Shown here one piece after another: positions 21,274 through 29,776 of a stretch of 49,317 nucleotides of DNA (position 1 is its first letter; every line of letters begins with the position of its first letter). The stretch is from an uncultured bacterium (lineage in GTDB: Bacteria > Edwardsbacteria > AC1 > EtOH8). The notes under the pieces are model-generated. The model saw only the letters and a program-made list of their open reading frames with translations, made no database searches and was not told where the DNA came from. The stretch is from NCBI GenBank assembly GCA_963780225.1, contig CAWAAX010000001.1:1-49317 (forward strand), read 5' to 3'. Made by a program: the position numbers and the translations under genes.

Positions 21274-21733
21274 CAATTTGTATCAACTTAAATGACAGTT
21301 TAACCGCTTCCTCCGGGGTCTTGACGTGCTTTATGGCCGTTCCTATCTTCCAGGTGTTCAGGCCAATCAGCGGTATCTTGTACTGGATGGCATAGGCGAT
21401 CTCCGAAAGCGTGCCGTAACGGCCGCCGATGGCAATGACGGCCTGCGAAGACTGCACAACCAGCGAGTTCCTGGTGTACCCCATTCCGGTAACAATGGGC
21501 ACGTCCACGAAACGGTTGGCGTCGCGGGCCGAGGATCCGGGCAGGATGCCCACTGTCAGGCCGCCGGCCTCGGAGGCTCCCCTGCAGGCCGCTTCCATCA
21601 CCCCGCCCATCCCCCCGCAGACCAGGATGCCTCCGCCCTGGGCTATCAGTTTCCCGGCCTGGTAGGCTGTTTCACTGAGAGCCTTGCCGCACTGCGAGGC
21701 GCCGATGACGCCGATCCGTGGTTTACTGGCCAT
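21260..21733 (-). CDS. TIGR00725 / LOG-family Rossmann-fold protein
   Basis: CGGMGGVMEAACRGA, VGILPG, IGGRYGTLSEIA. Confidence 0.9.
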   Translation of the reverse strand: MASKPRIGVIGASQCGKALSETAYQAGKLIAQGGGILVCGGMGGVMEAACRGASEAGGLTVGILPGSSARDANRFVDVPIVTGMGYTRNSLVVQSSQAVIAIGGRYGTLSEIAYAIQYKIPLIGLNTWKIGTAIKHVKTPEEAVKLSFKLIQIDDKR

Positions 21734-22400
21734 TGGCCTGCCATCCGTATTTTCCGATCAGCGGCACGAACATGCAGCCGCTCAGTTCCTTCTTGACCTC
21801 CCTGCCATTGACCTTGTCTATCAGCAAAAGCTTTTGAACGCTCATATCACCCACCGGGATCACCATCCGCCCGCCCTCGGCCAGCTGTTCCCAGCAGGCC
21901 TTGGGTACTTCCGGGGCCCCGGCTGTGACTATGATCCGGTCGTAAGGGGCGAACTTGGGCCAGCCCAGGGTTCCGTCGCCGATATGGAACAATATGTTAT
22001 GGTACTTAAGGGTTCTGATGACCTCTTCGGCGCTGCGGGAAAGCTTGTCTATCCGTTCCACGGTAAATACCCGGGCGGCCAGCTCGGCCAGCACCGCTGC
22101 CTGGTAGCCGGAACCCGTTCCCAGTTCAAGCACCTTCTCGTTCCCCTTCAGTTCCAGGGCCTGGCTCATCAGGGCCACAATGTAGGGCTGGGAGATGGTC
22201 TGCCCCTCGCCTATGGCCTGGGCATTGTCCTCGTACGCCCTGAATTTGAAGGCGTCGGGCATGAACATCTGGCGGGGCACTTTTTTGAGGGCGGTAATGA
22301 CCCGGGGATCCTTGATCTTTTGATGATCTTTCTGAACCGGATAATTGACCAGGTACTCCACCATATCCAGCCGGGCCTGTACGAATTTATCCTGGATCAT
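21723..22400 (-). CDS. pcm: Protein-L-isoaspartate O-methyltransferase
   Basis: GQTISQPYIVA, VLELGTGSGYQAAVLA, APYDRIIVTA, FVPLIG. Confidence 0.96.
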   Translation of the reverse strand: MIQDKFVQARLDMVEYLVNYPVQKDHQKIKDPRVITALKKVPRQMFMPDAFKFRAYEDNAQAIGEGQTISQPYIVALMSQALELKGNEKVLELGTGSGYQAAVLAELAARVFTVERIDKLSRSAEEVIRTLKYHNILFHIGDGTLGWPKFAPYDRIIVTAGAPEVPKACWEQLAEGGRMVIPVGDMSVQKLLLIDKVNGREVKKELSGCMFVPLIGKYGWQANGQ

Positions 22401-23158
22401 TTGAACAGTTTCTCCCATTTTTTGATCCGGGAAAGCTCGCAGTGGTTGGTCCAGTCCAGGTGGAACGGGGTGACCGAGACCATCTGGTTTTCGATGGCCT
22501 CAAAGTCGGTGCCGGCTTCCTTCTTCCAGTCCGGGTCCAGGCCGTCGATCATAAAATATTTCTTTCCGCCGGGCTTTTTATGCTCCACTATCATGTCGCG
22601 GTAGATCCGCTTGCCCAGCTTGGTCACCTTTAGACCTTTGATCTTCCCTATCGGCAGGCTGGGGACGTTGACGTTGAGCAATGTGTTTTTGGGCAGGCCT
22701 TTTTTGAGCACCACCTCCGCCACCCGGCGGGCGTAAACGGCCGCAGCCCGGAAATCGCACTTGTTCCAGGAGACGCAGGAGACCGAAATGGACGGAATGT
22801 CCAGCAGGGTGCCCTCCATGGCCCCGGCCACCGTGCCGGAATAGGTGACGTCGTCGCCCAGGTTGGGCCCGTGGTTGATGCCGGAGACCACCAGGTCGGG
22901 CCGGACCTTCAACAGACCCCTAACCGCCAGCATCACGCAGTCGGTGGGGGTGCCGTCCACCGCAGCAGTGCGCTGGTCGCGCCACAGCACTTCCATCGGC
23001 TTGCGCAGGGAAAAGGAGTGGCTGGCCCCGCTCTTTTCGGACATGGGGGCAAAGACATAGGTGATTCCCAGCTTGTCCATGGCCCGGCGCAGGTGCTTGA
23101 TGCCCTCTGCATTGATGCCGTCGTCGTTGGTGATGAGGATCACAGGTTTTTGAGTCAT
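22397..23158 (-). CDS. surE: 5'/3'-nucleotidase SurE
   Basis: ILITNDDG, GTPTDCV, SGINHGPNLG, YSGTVAGA. Confidence 0.97.
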   Translation of the reverse strand: MTQKPVILITNDDGINAEGIKHLRRAMDKLGITYVFAPMSEKSGASHSFSLRKPMEVLWRDQRTAAVDGTPTDCVMLAVRGLLKVRPDLVVSGINHGPNLGDDVTYSGTVAGAMEGTLLDIPSISVSCVSWNKCDFRAAAVYARRVAEVVLKKGLPKNTLLNVNVPSLPIGKIKGLKVTKLGKRIYRDMIVEHKKPGGKKYFMIDGLDPDWKKEAGTDFEAIENQMVSVTPFHLDWTNHCELSRIKKWEKLFK

Positions 23159-23160
23159 AT

Positions 23161-23189
23161 TTTAGCCACAGAGGCACAGAGACACTGAG
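23161..23189. repeat. GCCACAGAG-type ~8-nt periodic repeat
   Basis: TTTAGCCACAGAGGCACAGAGACACTGAG; relatives at 25165-25196 (inverted), 25745-25770 and 45975-46079. Confidence 0.7.
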
Positions 23190-23222
23190 CCCTCCGGGGA
23201 TTCCTTAATTATTGTTAGAAGA

Positions 23223-23888
23223 TTAAGTCCACAACGTTTGCAGGGCCATTTTTACGAAGCGCAGGGTATCCTTAAGATGGCTGATATGGCTGGTGCCGCC
23301 GGGAATGTTGGTTATGTCCAAAGACCCTATCTTGAATCCCTGCCGGGCGGTCTTGATCAGCAGTTCGGATTCCATCTGATAACGAGAGGTTTTAAGTTTC
23401 ACACTTTTCAGAACGCTGGCCCTGATGATACGGTAACCAGTCTGGCTGTCCGCTATCCTCTGCCCTGCCAGGATCGAAACCACAGTAGTGGTAATGCTGT
23501 TGCTCAGAAAACGGGCAAAGGACATTCTGCCGAACTCGTTCCTGCGGGAACCCACCACAATGTCCCAATGTCCAGTGTCCATAGTATCCGCCAGGGCTGG
23601 AATGTATTTCGGATCGTGCTGTCCGTCTGCGTCAATGGTGATTACGGCCTTGTAGCCTTTGTTTAAGGCCAGCTCGAAGCCGCTCCTTAAGGCCGCGCCC
23701 TTGCCTTTGTTATATGGATGGATTATAAGCTCCACCCCCGACAATTTTGCGGCCTCCGCAGTATTATCAGTGGAACCGTCGTCAATAACAATTATATCAT
23801 GCTTTGACGCGAATTCCAGCAGTCGGGCTAAAAGCAAATACAGGGTGCCGGCGGCGTTGTAGGCCGGTATGATGACTGCAGTTTTCAT
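23223..23888 (-). CDS. Glycosyltransferase family 2 (DPM1-like)
   Basis: IIPAYN, IDDGSTD, NKGKGAAL, DADGQHDP, DSQTGYR. Confidence 0.92.
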   Translation of the reverse strand: MKTAVIIPAYNAAGTLYLLLARLLEFASKHDIIVIDDGSTDNTAEAAKLSGVELIIHPYNKGKGAALRSGFELALNKGYKAVITIDADGQHDPKYIPALADTMDTGHWDIVVGSRRNEFGRMSFARFLSNSITTTVVSILAGQRIADSQTGYRIIRASVLKSVKLKTSRYQMESELLIKTARQGFKIGSLDITNIPGGTSHISHLKDTLRFVKMALQTLWT

Positions 23889-23912
23889 TATGCGCTAAAT
23901 AATTTAACTCTG

Positions 23913-24689
23913 TTAGTCTTTTGCATATGTAGTATCAATACTACTATAAACATTAATTCCTAAACCTATACTTAAATATGGTTCCTTTTTATCGGAATAC
24001 CCTTTTGTCCAAGGAAAATTAATGAGCGCATTGGTGGTAAGTCTAGATATGTTTAGACTTACTCCGACTTGAGACACGGGGCACACTTTAGACACATGAT
24101 AAAACAGATAATAATCTGTTCTTTGACAAGCTAGTAAAACTATGTATTTATTTAATGGATATCCAAATTTAATATTTGATAAACCTGCTACTGATGCGGG
24201 GATGCCACCTATCGCACCTGCTGCCAAGAAACTATTTTCTGCTCCTAAAGGTGTAAATAATGCCATTAATGTACCTAACGGAACCATAATAATAAATGGT
24301 ATTAATGTGTTCGATGACACATAATTGATGTTATCGTATTTGATGGTTGATACATTGAAAAAACTCGGTTCAAATACAATATTTGTGCCATAAAACCCAG
24401 TGTTTAAAGCATAATAAGAGTTCTTTTGATTTATATATGAATATGATGCGTTTAAACTTATTTTAACATCACCAATTCTTTTAATCTTTCTATTTAGAGA
24501 ATCTGGAAAAACATTTGGCCTGTTTATTGTATCAATCTGCTCACTTACATTAATAGGCTGAACAAAACTAACTGAATCAACATTTATGGTATCAGCATGA
24601 CCCTTTATTTCCATCTCTTGTCCAAAGCCAACAGAAGTAATGGCTAAAGCAAAAAGGAATATATAAATAATGTTTTCCATTTTAATCAT
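23913..24689 (-). CDS. Hypothetical exported/membrane protein, very AT-rich
   Basis: 258-aa ORF with signal peptide; no recognisable family. Confidence 0.65.
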   Translation of the reverse strand: MIKMENIIYIFLFALAITSVGFGQEMEIKGHADTINVDSVSFVQPINVSEQIDTINRPNVFPDSLNRKIKRIGDVKISLNASYSYINQKNSYYALNTGFYGTNIVFEPSFFNVSTIKYDNINYVSSNTLIPFIIMVPLGTLMALFTPLGAENSFLAAGAIGGIPASVAGLSNIKFGYPLNKYIVLLACQRTDYYLFYHVSKVCPVSQVGVSLNISRLTTNALINFPWTKGYSDKKEPYLSIGLGINVYSSIDTTYAKD

Positions 24690-24703
24690 TCACAAACTCA
24701 ATT

Positions 24704-25147
24704 TTACTTGAAATATTTCTTATGATCTTTTGGCTCGTATCCCAAACCAAAACATTTGTCTATCTTCCACTGCTTCCCGTACAGTTTTAGATCAAGTGTT
24801 TCAACATGAATCTGTTTGGGATTGGGTTTTGCAGCGCTTTTTAGCTTAATAGTCGGTACTTTAATTTCAAACCACAAAATACATTTAGCAGAACCATCGG
24901 GTAAAACCCCGGCGGTGGCGTCCATCAGCACAAATTCAGCCTGGCGGAAGCCCTGGGTATCCCAAACCTTTTCATACCACTTGATGATATCTGCATGTCC
25001 CACAAAGTTCTGCATCTCCCGGTGCAAGACAGCATCCTTGTGAAACACCTGTCTTAGCTGGGAAGCTTTCTTTTCATTCATAGCCTTTGTAAACAACAAA
25101 ACAAATTGTTTTATCTTAGCCAATTCTTTTGAATCCCAATCTGGCAT
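24704..25147 (-). CDS. NTF2/SnoaL-like protein
   Basis: FTKAMNEKKASQLRQVFHKDAV...GHADIIKWY...GKQWKI pattern. Confidence 0.7.
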   Translation of the reverse strand: MPDWDSKELAKIKQFVLLFTKAMNEKKASQLRQVFHKDAVLHREMQNFVGHADIIKWYEKVWDTQGFRQAEFVLMDATAGVLPDGSAKCILWFEIKVPTIKLKSAAKPNPKQIHVETLDLKLYGKQWKIDKCFGLGYEPKDHKKYFK

Positions 25148-25164
25148 TTCACATTCCTTACATA

Positions 25165-25196
25165 TTTTTGTGCTTTTGTGCTTTTTGTGGCAAAAA
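25165..25196. repeat. GCCACA-type periodic repeat, inverted copy
   Basis: TTTTTGTGCTTTTGTGCTTTTTGTGGCAAAAA. Confidence 0.65.
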
Positions 25197-25207
25197 GAAA
25201 ATCAATA

Positions 25208-25720
25208 TTACAATATCCTCAGCTCGCCCCGTTCCTGCATCAGCAGTTTCTCCTTCCACCCGGCCCCGGCCGAGAACCCGCCCAGCGACATGTCGTGCAT
25301 GATCACCCTATGGCAGGGAATGATGATCGGCAGGGGGTTCATGCCCAGCGCCCGGCCCACCGCCTTGGAGGCATTGGGGTTGTGGACCTGGGCCGCCATC
25401 CACTTGTAGCTGCGCACCTGGCCATATGGTATCTGCCGGGCCTTTTCCCAGATGGAGCGCTCGAAGGGCGAGGCCCCCCGCAGGTCCAGCGGGTAGTTGA
25501 AGTCGGTGGGCAGCCCGGCGAAGTACCCGGCCAGGTCAACCAAAAGATCCTCGAACCGGTCCGGGTCCTCGATGAATGTAAAATCGGACTTAAGGCTGAG
25601 ATTGGCAAAATTCAGCGCCAGGTCGTGCTGGCCCAGCGCCAGGTTAAACAGCCCGGCATCGGTGGCGGAGATGAATATCTTGCCGATGGGAAATTCGTAT
25701 TGTCCGTAGTATATGTTCAT
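25208..25720 (-). CDS. ogt: Methylated-DNA--protein-cysteine S-methyltransferase
   Basis: IPYGQVRSY, NPLPIIIPCHRV active site. Confidence 0.93.
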   Translation of the reverse strand: MNIYYGQYEFPIGKIFISATDAGLFNLALGQHDLALNFANLSLKSDFTFIEDPDRFEDLLVDLAGYFAGLPTDFNYPLDLRGASPFERSIWEKARQIPYGQVRSYKWMAAQVHNPNASKAVGRALGMNPLPIIIPCHRVIMHDMSLGGFSAGAGWKEKLLMQERGELRIL

Positions 25721-25744
25721 TGTTGCACGTAGTGATTTTTATCT

Positions 25745-25901
25745 GCCACAGAGACACAGAGACACAGAGATGATTATAATCTTTTCATTCCTCAGGCCTC
25801 ATCCGAGGCACTTCGGCACCGCTCAGCACAAGCCTTGATGTTATGTAGCGATATCCTTCTTTATCCGCCGTAGCATCTGCGAAGGAGGAAGGGTATCGCT
25901 A
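25745..25901. repeat. Cluster of a GCCACAGAGA repeat and two hairpins each interrupted by a short palindromic insert
   Basis: GCCACAGAGACACAGAGACACAGAGA; TCAGGCCTCATCCGAGGC[24 nt]CTTGA; TAGCGATATCCTTC[...TCCGCCGTAGCATCTGCGAAGGAG]GAAGGGTATCGCTA. Confidence 0.65.
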
Positions 25902-25911
25902 ACAAATTACT

Positions 25912-27702
25912 TTACCCCTTCTGCAAATACTCTATAACCTTGGCCGCTATTTTGGAGCCCAGTATCTCCGCAAGCTTCTCCGGGCTAGCTTCCTTTACTT
26001 TGGCAACCGAGCCGAATGTCTTGAGCAACAGTTTGACCTTCTGCGGCCCGATCCCCGGTATCTTGTTCAGCTCCGAGTCTATGCCCTTCTGCCTCAATTT
26101 GTGATGATAGCTTTGGGCAAAGCGGTGTGACTCGTCCCGCAGTCTTTGCAGCAGGTGCAGGGCCGAGGAATTTTTGGCCAAACTTACCACCTCGCCCCCG
26201 GTCAAGTATATCTCCTCCAACCGCTTGGCCAGCCCGGCTACCATTACATTATAACCCTTTTCATCAACCAATTGCAAGGCCGCATTCAGCTGGGGCAGGC
26301 CGCCATCCACCAGCAGAAAATCGGGGTGAGTTTCCTTTTTTTCCTCCTGGCCGGCCCAATACCGCTCTATGGTCTCGCGCATCATGGCCGGATCGTTGAT
26401 GCCCTCCACCGTCTTGATCTTGAACTTCCGGTAGCCGGTCTTGTAGGGCCGGCCGTCCTTAAAGCTGACCGCCGAGCCCACCGCATCGGTGCCCGAGATG
26501 TGCGAGATGTCGAAGGCCGTGATGCTGCGGGGCAATGTTGTCAAGCCCAGGGCCTGCTGAAGTTCCAGCAGGGGCTTGACCGTCTTGGAATTGAGCTCCT
26601 CCTTCTGGGCCACCGTCTCGTCCAGCTTGAACCCGATCTGCTTTTGGGCCAGGTTCAGGAACTTCTTCTCCAAGTTCGTGGAAGGCCGGGCGATGCTTAC
26701 TTTCTGGTCCTTTAGGCGGCTCAGCCATTCTTCCAGCAGATCAAGATCTTCCGGCAGCACGTCCAGCAATATCTTCTGGGGTATGGTCAAGGCTCTAAGA
26801 TAATGCTGTTCCAGAAAGCCCGGCCACAGCCTGCTTTCCTCCAGTTCCAGCGGGTTGTCCAGCACCCGGTCCAGCCGGGCCACCAGCCGGCCCTCCCGGA
26901 ACTGGAGCACGGTGACAAAGGCCTGGACCTTAAGCCGCCCCATGGCCATCACGTCGCAGTCGGCCTCGTCTGGCAGGACGGTCTTCCGGTGGGCGGTCAC
27001 TTTCTGGAGATTCTGCAGGTGGTCGCGCCAGCGGGCGGCCTCCTCAAAATCCAGCTTTTGGGCGGACTCATCCCGCATCCTCACCAGCTCCCGCTCCAGT
27101 TCCTTGCTGCGCCCGGTCAAAAAGCTCACCGCCGACCTGATCATTGCCTGGTATTCATGTTCCGAGATGTAACCCTGGCAGGGCCCGTAGCATTTTCCGA
27201 TGTGGTAGTTCAGGCAGGGCCGGGAAGGACCTTTGCCCGGGAACTGGTGGGCGCAGGTGCGCAGGGGAAAGATGGTCTTCAGAAGTTTCAGTGTCCGCTT
27301 GACCGCCGTGGCGTCGATGTACGGTCCGAACAAGCGGGAGCCGTCATCGTCCAGATCGCGGGTGGAATAGATCCGGGGAAAGGCTTCCCTGGTCACCTTG
27401 ATCCAGGGGAATTTCTTGTCGTCCTTTAGATTGATGTTGTACTTGGGCTGGTGCTTCTTCACCAGCTGGGCCTCCAGTATCAGGGCCTCGATCTCGGAGT
27501 CGGTCAGGATGTACTCGATGTCCCCGGTCAGCGACACCATCCGCATTTCCTTGGGATCGGTGTTGTTGCGAAGATGGTCCAGCACCCGGTCCTTGATGCT
27601 CTTGGCCTTGCCGATGTAGATGAATTCTCCTGCTACATCTTTGAACAGGTAGACCCCGGGCTGCTGGGGGAAGTTTTGTATTTTTTGGTGAAGCTGATCC
27701 AT
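25912..27702 (-). CDS. uvrC: Excinuclease ABC subunit C
   Basis: PGVY...YIGKAK GIY-YIG, PKYNINLKDDK, FDISH, LVDGG, RLRDESHRFA, HhH. Confidence 0.97.
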   Translation of the reverse strand: MDQLHQKIQNFPQQPGVYLFKDVAGEFIYIGKAKSIKDRVLDHLRNNTDPKEMRMVSLTGDIEYILTDSEIEALILEAQLVKKHQPKYNINLKDDKKFPWIKVTREAFPRIYSTRDLDDDGSRLFGPYIDATAVKRTLKLLKTIFPLRTCAHQFPGKGPSRPCLNYHIGKCYGPCQGYISEHEYQAMIRSAVSFLTGRSKELERELVRMRDESAQKLDFEEAARWRDHLQNLQKVTAHRKTVLPDEADCDVMAMGRLKVQAFVTVLQFREGRLVARLDRVLDNPLELEESRLWPGFLEQHYLRALTIPQKILLDVLPEDLDLLEEWLSRLKDQKVSIARPSTNLEKKFLNLAQKQIGFKLDETVAQKEELNSKTVKPLLELQQALGLTTLPRSITAFDISHISGTDAVGSAVSFKDGRPYKTGYRKFKIKTVEGINDPAMMRETIERYWAGQEEKKETHPDFLLVDGGLPQLNAALQLVDEKGYNVMVAGLAKRLEEIYLTGGEVVSLAKNSSALHLLQRLRDESHRFAQSYHHKLRQKGIDSELNKIPGIGPQKVKLLLKTFGSVAKVKEASPEKLAEILGSKIAAKVIEYLQKG

Positions 27703-27721
27703 CAAATGCCGATACCGCGTT

Positions 27722-28549
27722 CTATTTCTTCCGGGCTATGATCATCATATGCCCGCTGGATTCAACCACTGCAGGGTCTGTACATATTTTATTATGTATT
27801 TCGACCCAGTTCTTCCAAGCCTTTGTATGTTTCGCGGCAAAATCGTTTGTTATGCGATTGCTGGTGTTAAGCCCTTCCAATCCTACTTTCTCCAGCAAAT
27901 GCACCTTGCCTTTGGGAAAAAGCGCTGCCAACTCGTCCAGTTTGAAGAAATGGCAGAAATGCGGACCGGCAAACCTATAATCATCACCGGTCTGGACAAA
28001 TTTCAGGTAATGTTTTTTGTGGCCAACCTCCTGGGGCCAGCCTTCCGGCGTTGCCAGCATCACTCCGTAGAAGCCCATCACCGAGACGAAGACCGGTGCC
28101 CCCCTCTTGGCCACCCGTAGCAGCTCGGAAACGGCTTTGACCCTCATTTTGGCGGGATGGACATGGGACAAAGGGCCGCCCAGGCAGATCACGGCGTCAA
28201 ATGATTTTGCTGGAAAGCGCGACAGGTCGGTAATGGTACCCGGGTGGGTCCCCTTAATACGCTTTGCTACTTTGGTTTTGGCTATCTGCTTTTGGGCATG
28301 TTCCAGGTTTTCCGGTACCAGGTCCAGGAGCACCACATCGTAACCAAGCTTGGCCAGCTCTATGGTGTACCGTCCGGGACCACCGCCAGCGTCAAGTATC
28401 AAACCCTTTTTGGGCAGGTGTTTTTTGAGGAACCTAAGCGTGGTCTCGAATTCCAGTTTATGGAATGGGTCCCGTGTCAGGCGCCCCCATTCTCTGGTCA
28501 CATCCGAGGAATATAGCTTTTGAGTCAGTTTCGTCTCTTTGTTTTCCAT
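27722..28549 (-). CDS. Class I SAM-dependent methyltransferase
   Basis: ILDAGGGPGRY, FDAVICLGGPLSH. Confidence 0.9.
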   Translation of the reverse strand: MENKETKLTQKLYSSDVTREWGRLTRDPFHKLEFETTLRFLKKHLPKKGLILDAGGGPGRYTIELAKLGYDVVLLDLVPENLEHAQKQIAKTKVAKRIKGTHPGTITDLSRFPAKSFDAVICLGGPLSHVHPAKMRVKAVSELLRVAKRGAPVFVSVMGFYGVMLATPEGWPQEVGHKKHYLKFVQTGDDYRFAGPHFCHFFKLDELAALFPKGKVHLLEKVGLEGLNTSNRITNDFAAKHTKAWKNWVEIHNKICTDPAVVESSGHMMIIARKK

Positions 28550-28550
28550 A

Positions 28551-29339
28551 CTATTCACCTATTTGTTGTATTATCTTCACTCCCGATGAAGTGCCGATCC
28601 GGCTGGCCCCGGCCCGGATCATTTTGCTGGCCTCCTCCAGACTGCGCACCCCGCCCGAGGCCTTGACCCCCATCTGCGGTCCGACCGTCAGCCGCATCAG
28701 CCCGATGTCTGCGGCCGTGGCCCCTCCGGTGGAAAAGCCGGTGGAGGTCTTCACGTAATGCGCCCCGGCCGACTTGGCGATCAGACAGGCCAGCATCTTC
28801 TCTTCATCGGTCAGAAGACAGGTTTCTAGGATCAGCTTGACTAGTGTGCCGGAAGCAGCCTTGACCACGGCGGAGATGTCCTGGCGCACTGTTTTAAGGT
28901 CTTGAGACTTCAGCGCACCGATGTTGACCACCATGTCCACTTCGGAGGCTCCCTGTTCCACCGCCAGGCGGGCTTCATGGGATTTTGTTTCAGTGGCATT
29001 GGCCCCCAGCGGGAAACCGCAGACCGTGCAGACCTTGACCGTGCTTCCTTTTAGTGCTGTTACTGCCAGCGGCACCCAGAACGGATTTATGCAGACCGAG
29101 TAGAATCCGTACTGCCTGGCCTCGGCGCACAGTTTTTCAATGTCCGAACTTTTGGCTTCGGGTTTAAGGATGGTGTGGTCAATGAACCCGGCCATCTCGG
29201 CTTTAGAACTCGGAAACTTTCCCGCCTTTGCGGCCTGAAGTTTTACTTCTTGCCAGACTGCATCATCTGGCAGATTTTCCGGGATCAGGATACCGTATCT
29301 CTCCAGCAATTGCCTGGCTTTTTTTATCTGGTCTTGCAT
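28551..29339 (-). CDS. deoC: Deoxyribose-phosphate aldolase
   Basis: [41 protein letters not shown]. Confidence 0.96.
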   Translation of the reverse strand: MQDQIKKARQLLERYGILIPENLPDDAVWQEVKLQAAKAGKFPSSKAEMAGFIDHTILKPEAKSSDIEKLCAEARQYGFYSVCINPFWVPLAVTALKGSTVKVCTVCGFPLGANATETKSHEARLAVEQGASEVDMVVNIGALKSQDLKTVRQDISAVVKAASGTLVKLILETCLLTDEEKMLACLIAKSAGAHYVKTSTGFSTGGATAADIGLMRLTVGPQMGVKASGGVRSLEEASKMIRAGASRIGTSSGVKIIQQIGE

Positions 29340-29450
29340 GACAATTCCAATGCTCTTATCCTTAATATATAAAAATGTCTATCTAACTTGATAAGAAAAA
29401 GTAGAAAGAATATGGCGGGTTAGGTAAAAACGCAGATTTTACACGGTTAT

Positions 29451-29672
29451 GTTCTTTTCTTTTTGTACCGCCAAAAAGCAAAGAACCAAAAGAAAAAGCT
29501 CGTCGCTTAAAACTCTCCAGGCCACGCTTACGCTAAAGCTTCAGCGGGCCCGCGTTGCGCTTCTCGTTGCCGGCGGGCTTGTCTGAACTCGGGCTTTGGC
29601 CAAGCCCTCAAACAGGCCAGACAAGCTTTTTCCGCCGTCAAATGCGATGCTCACTGATCGTTTTAACGCGAC
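29451..29672 (+). repeat. ~220-nt multi-stem structured intergenic element
   Basis: Stems 29451-65/29472-86, 29502-13/29660-72, 29552-59/29643-50, 29571-76/29632-37, 29577-85/29618-26, 29591-96/29602-07. Confidence 0.65.
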
Positions 29673-29776
29673 AACCGGAGTTGGTACCAAGTGTTATCCA
29701 TGTCTCTTGAGCCGATAGGTTAATTATTAATATTAAATCCAGTTAATCATGTAAATCCTGTCATCTCCCGGAATGT

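Noticed and set aside
20727..24703. Integron cassettes to explain the AT-rich orphan genes
   Set aside because: No attC-like inverted core structure downstream of the genes and no integrase
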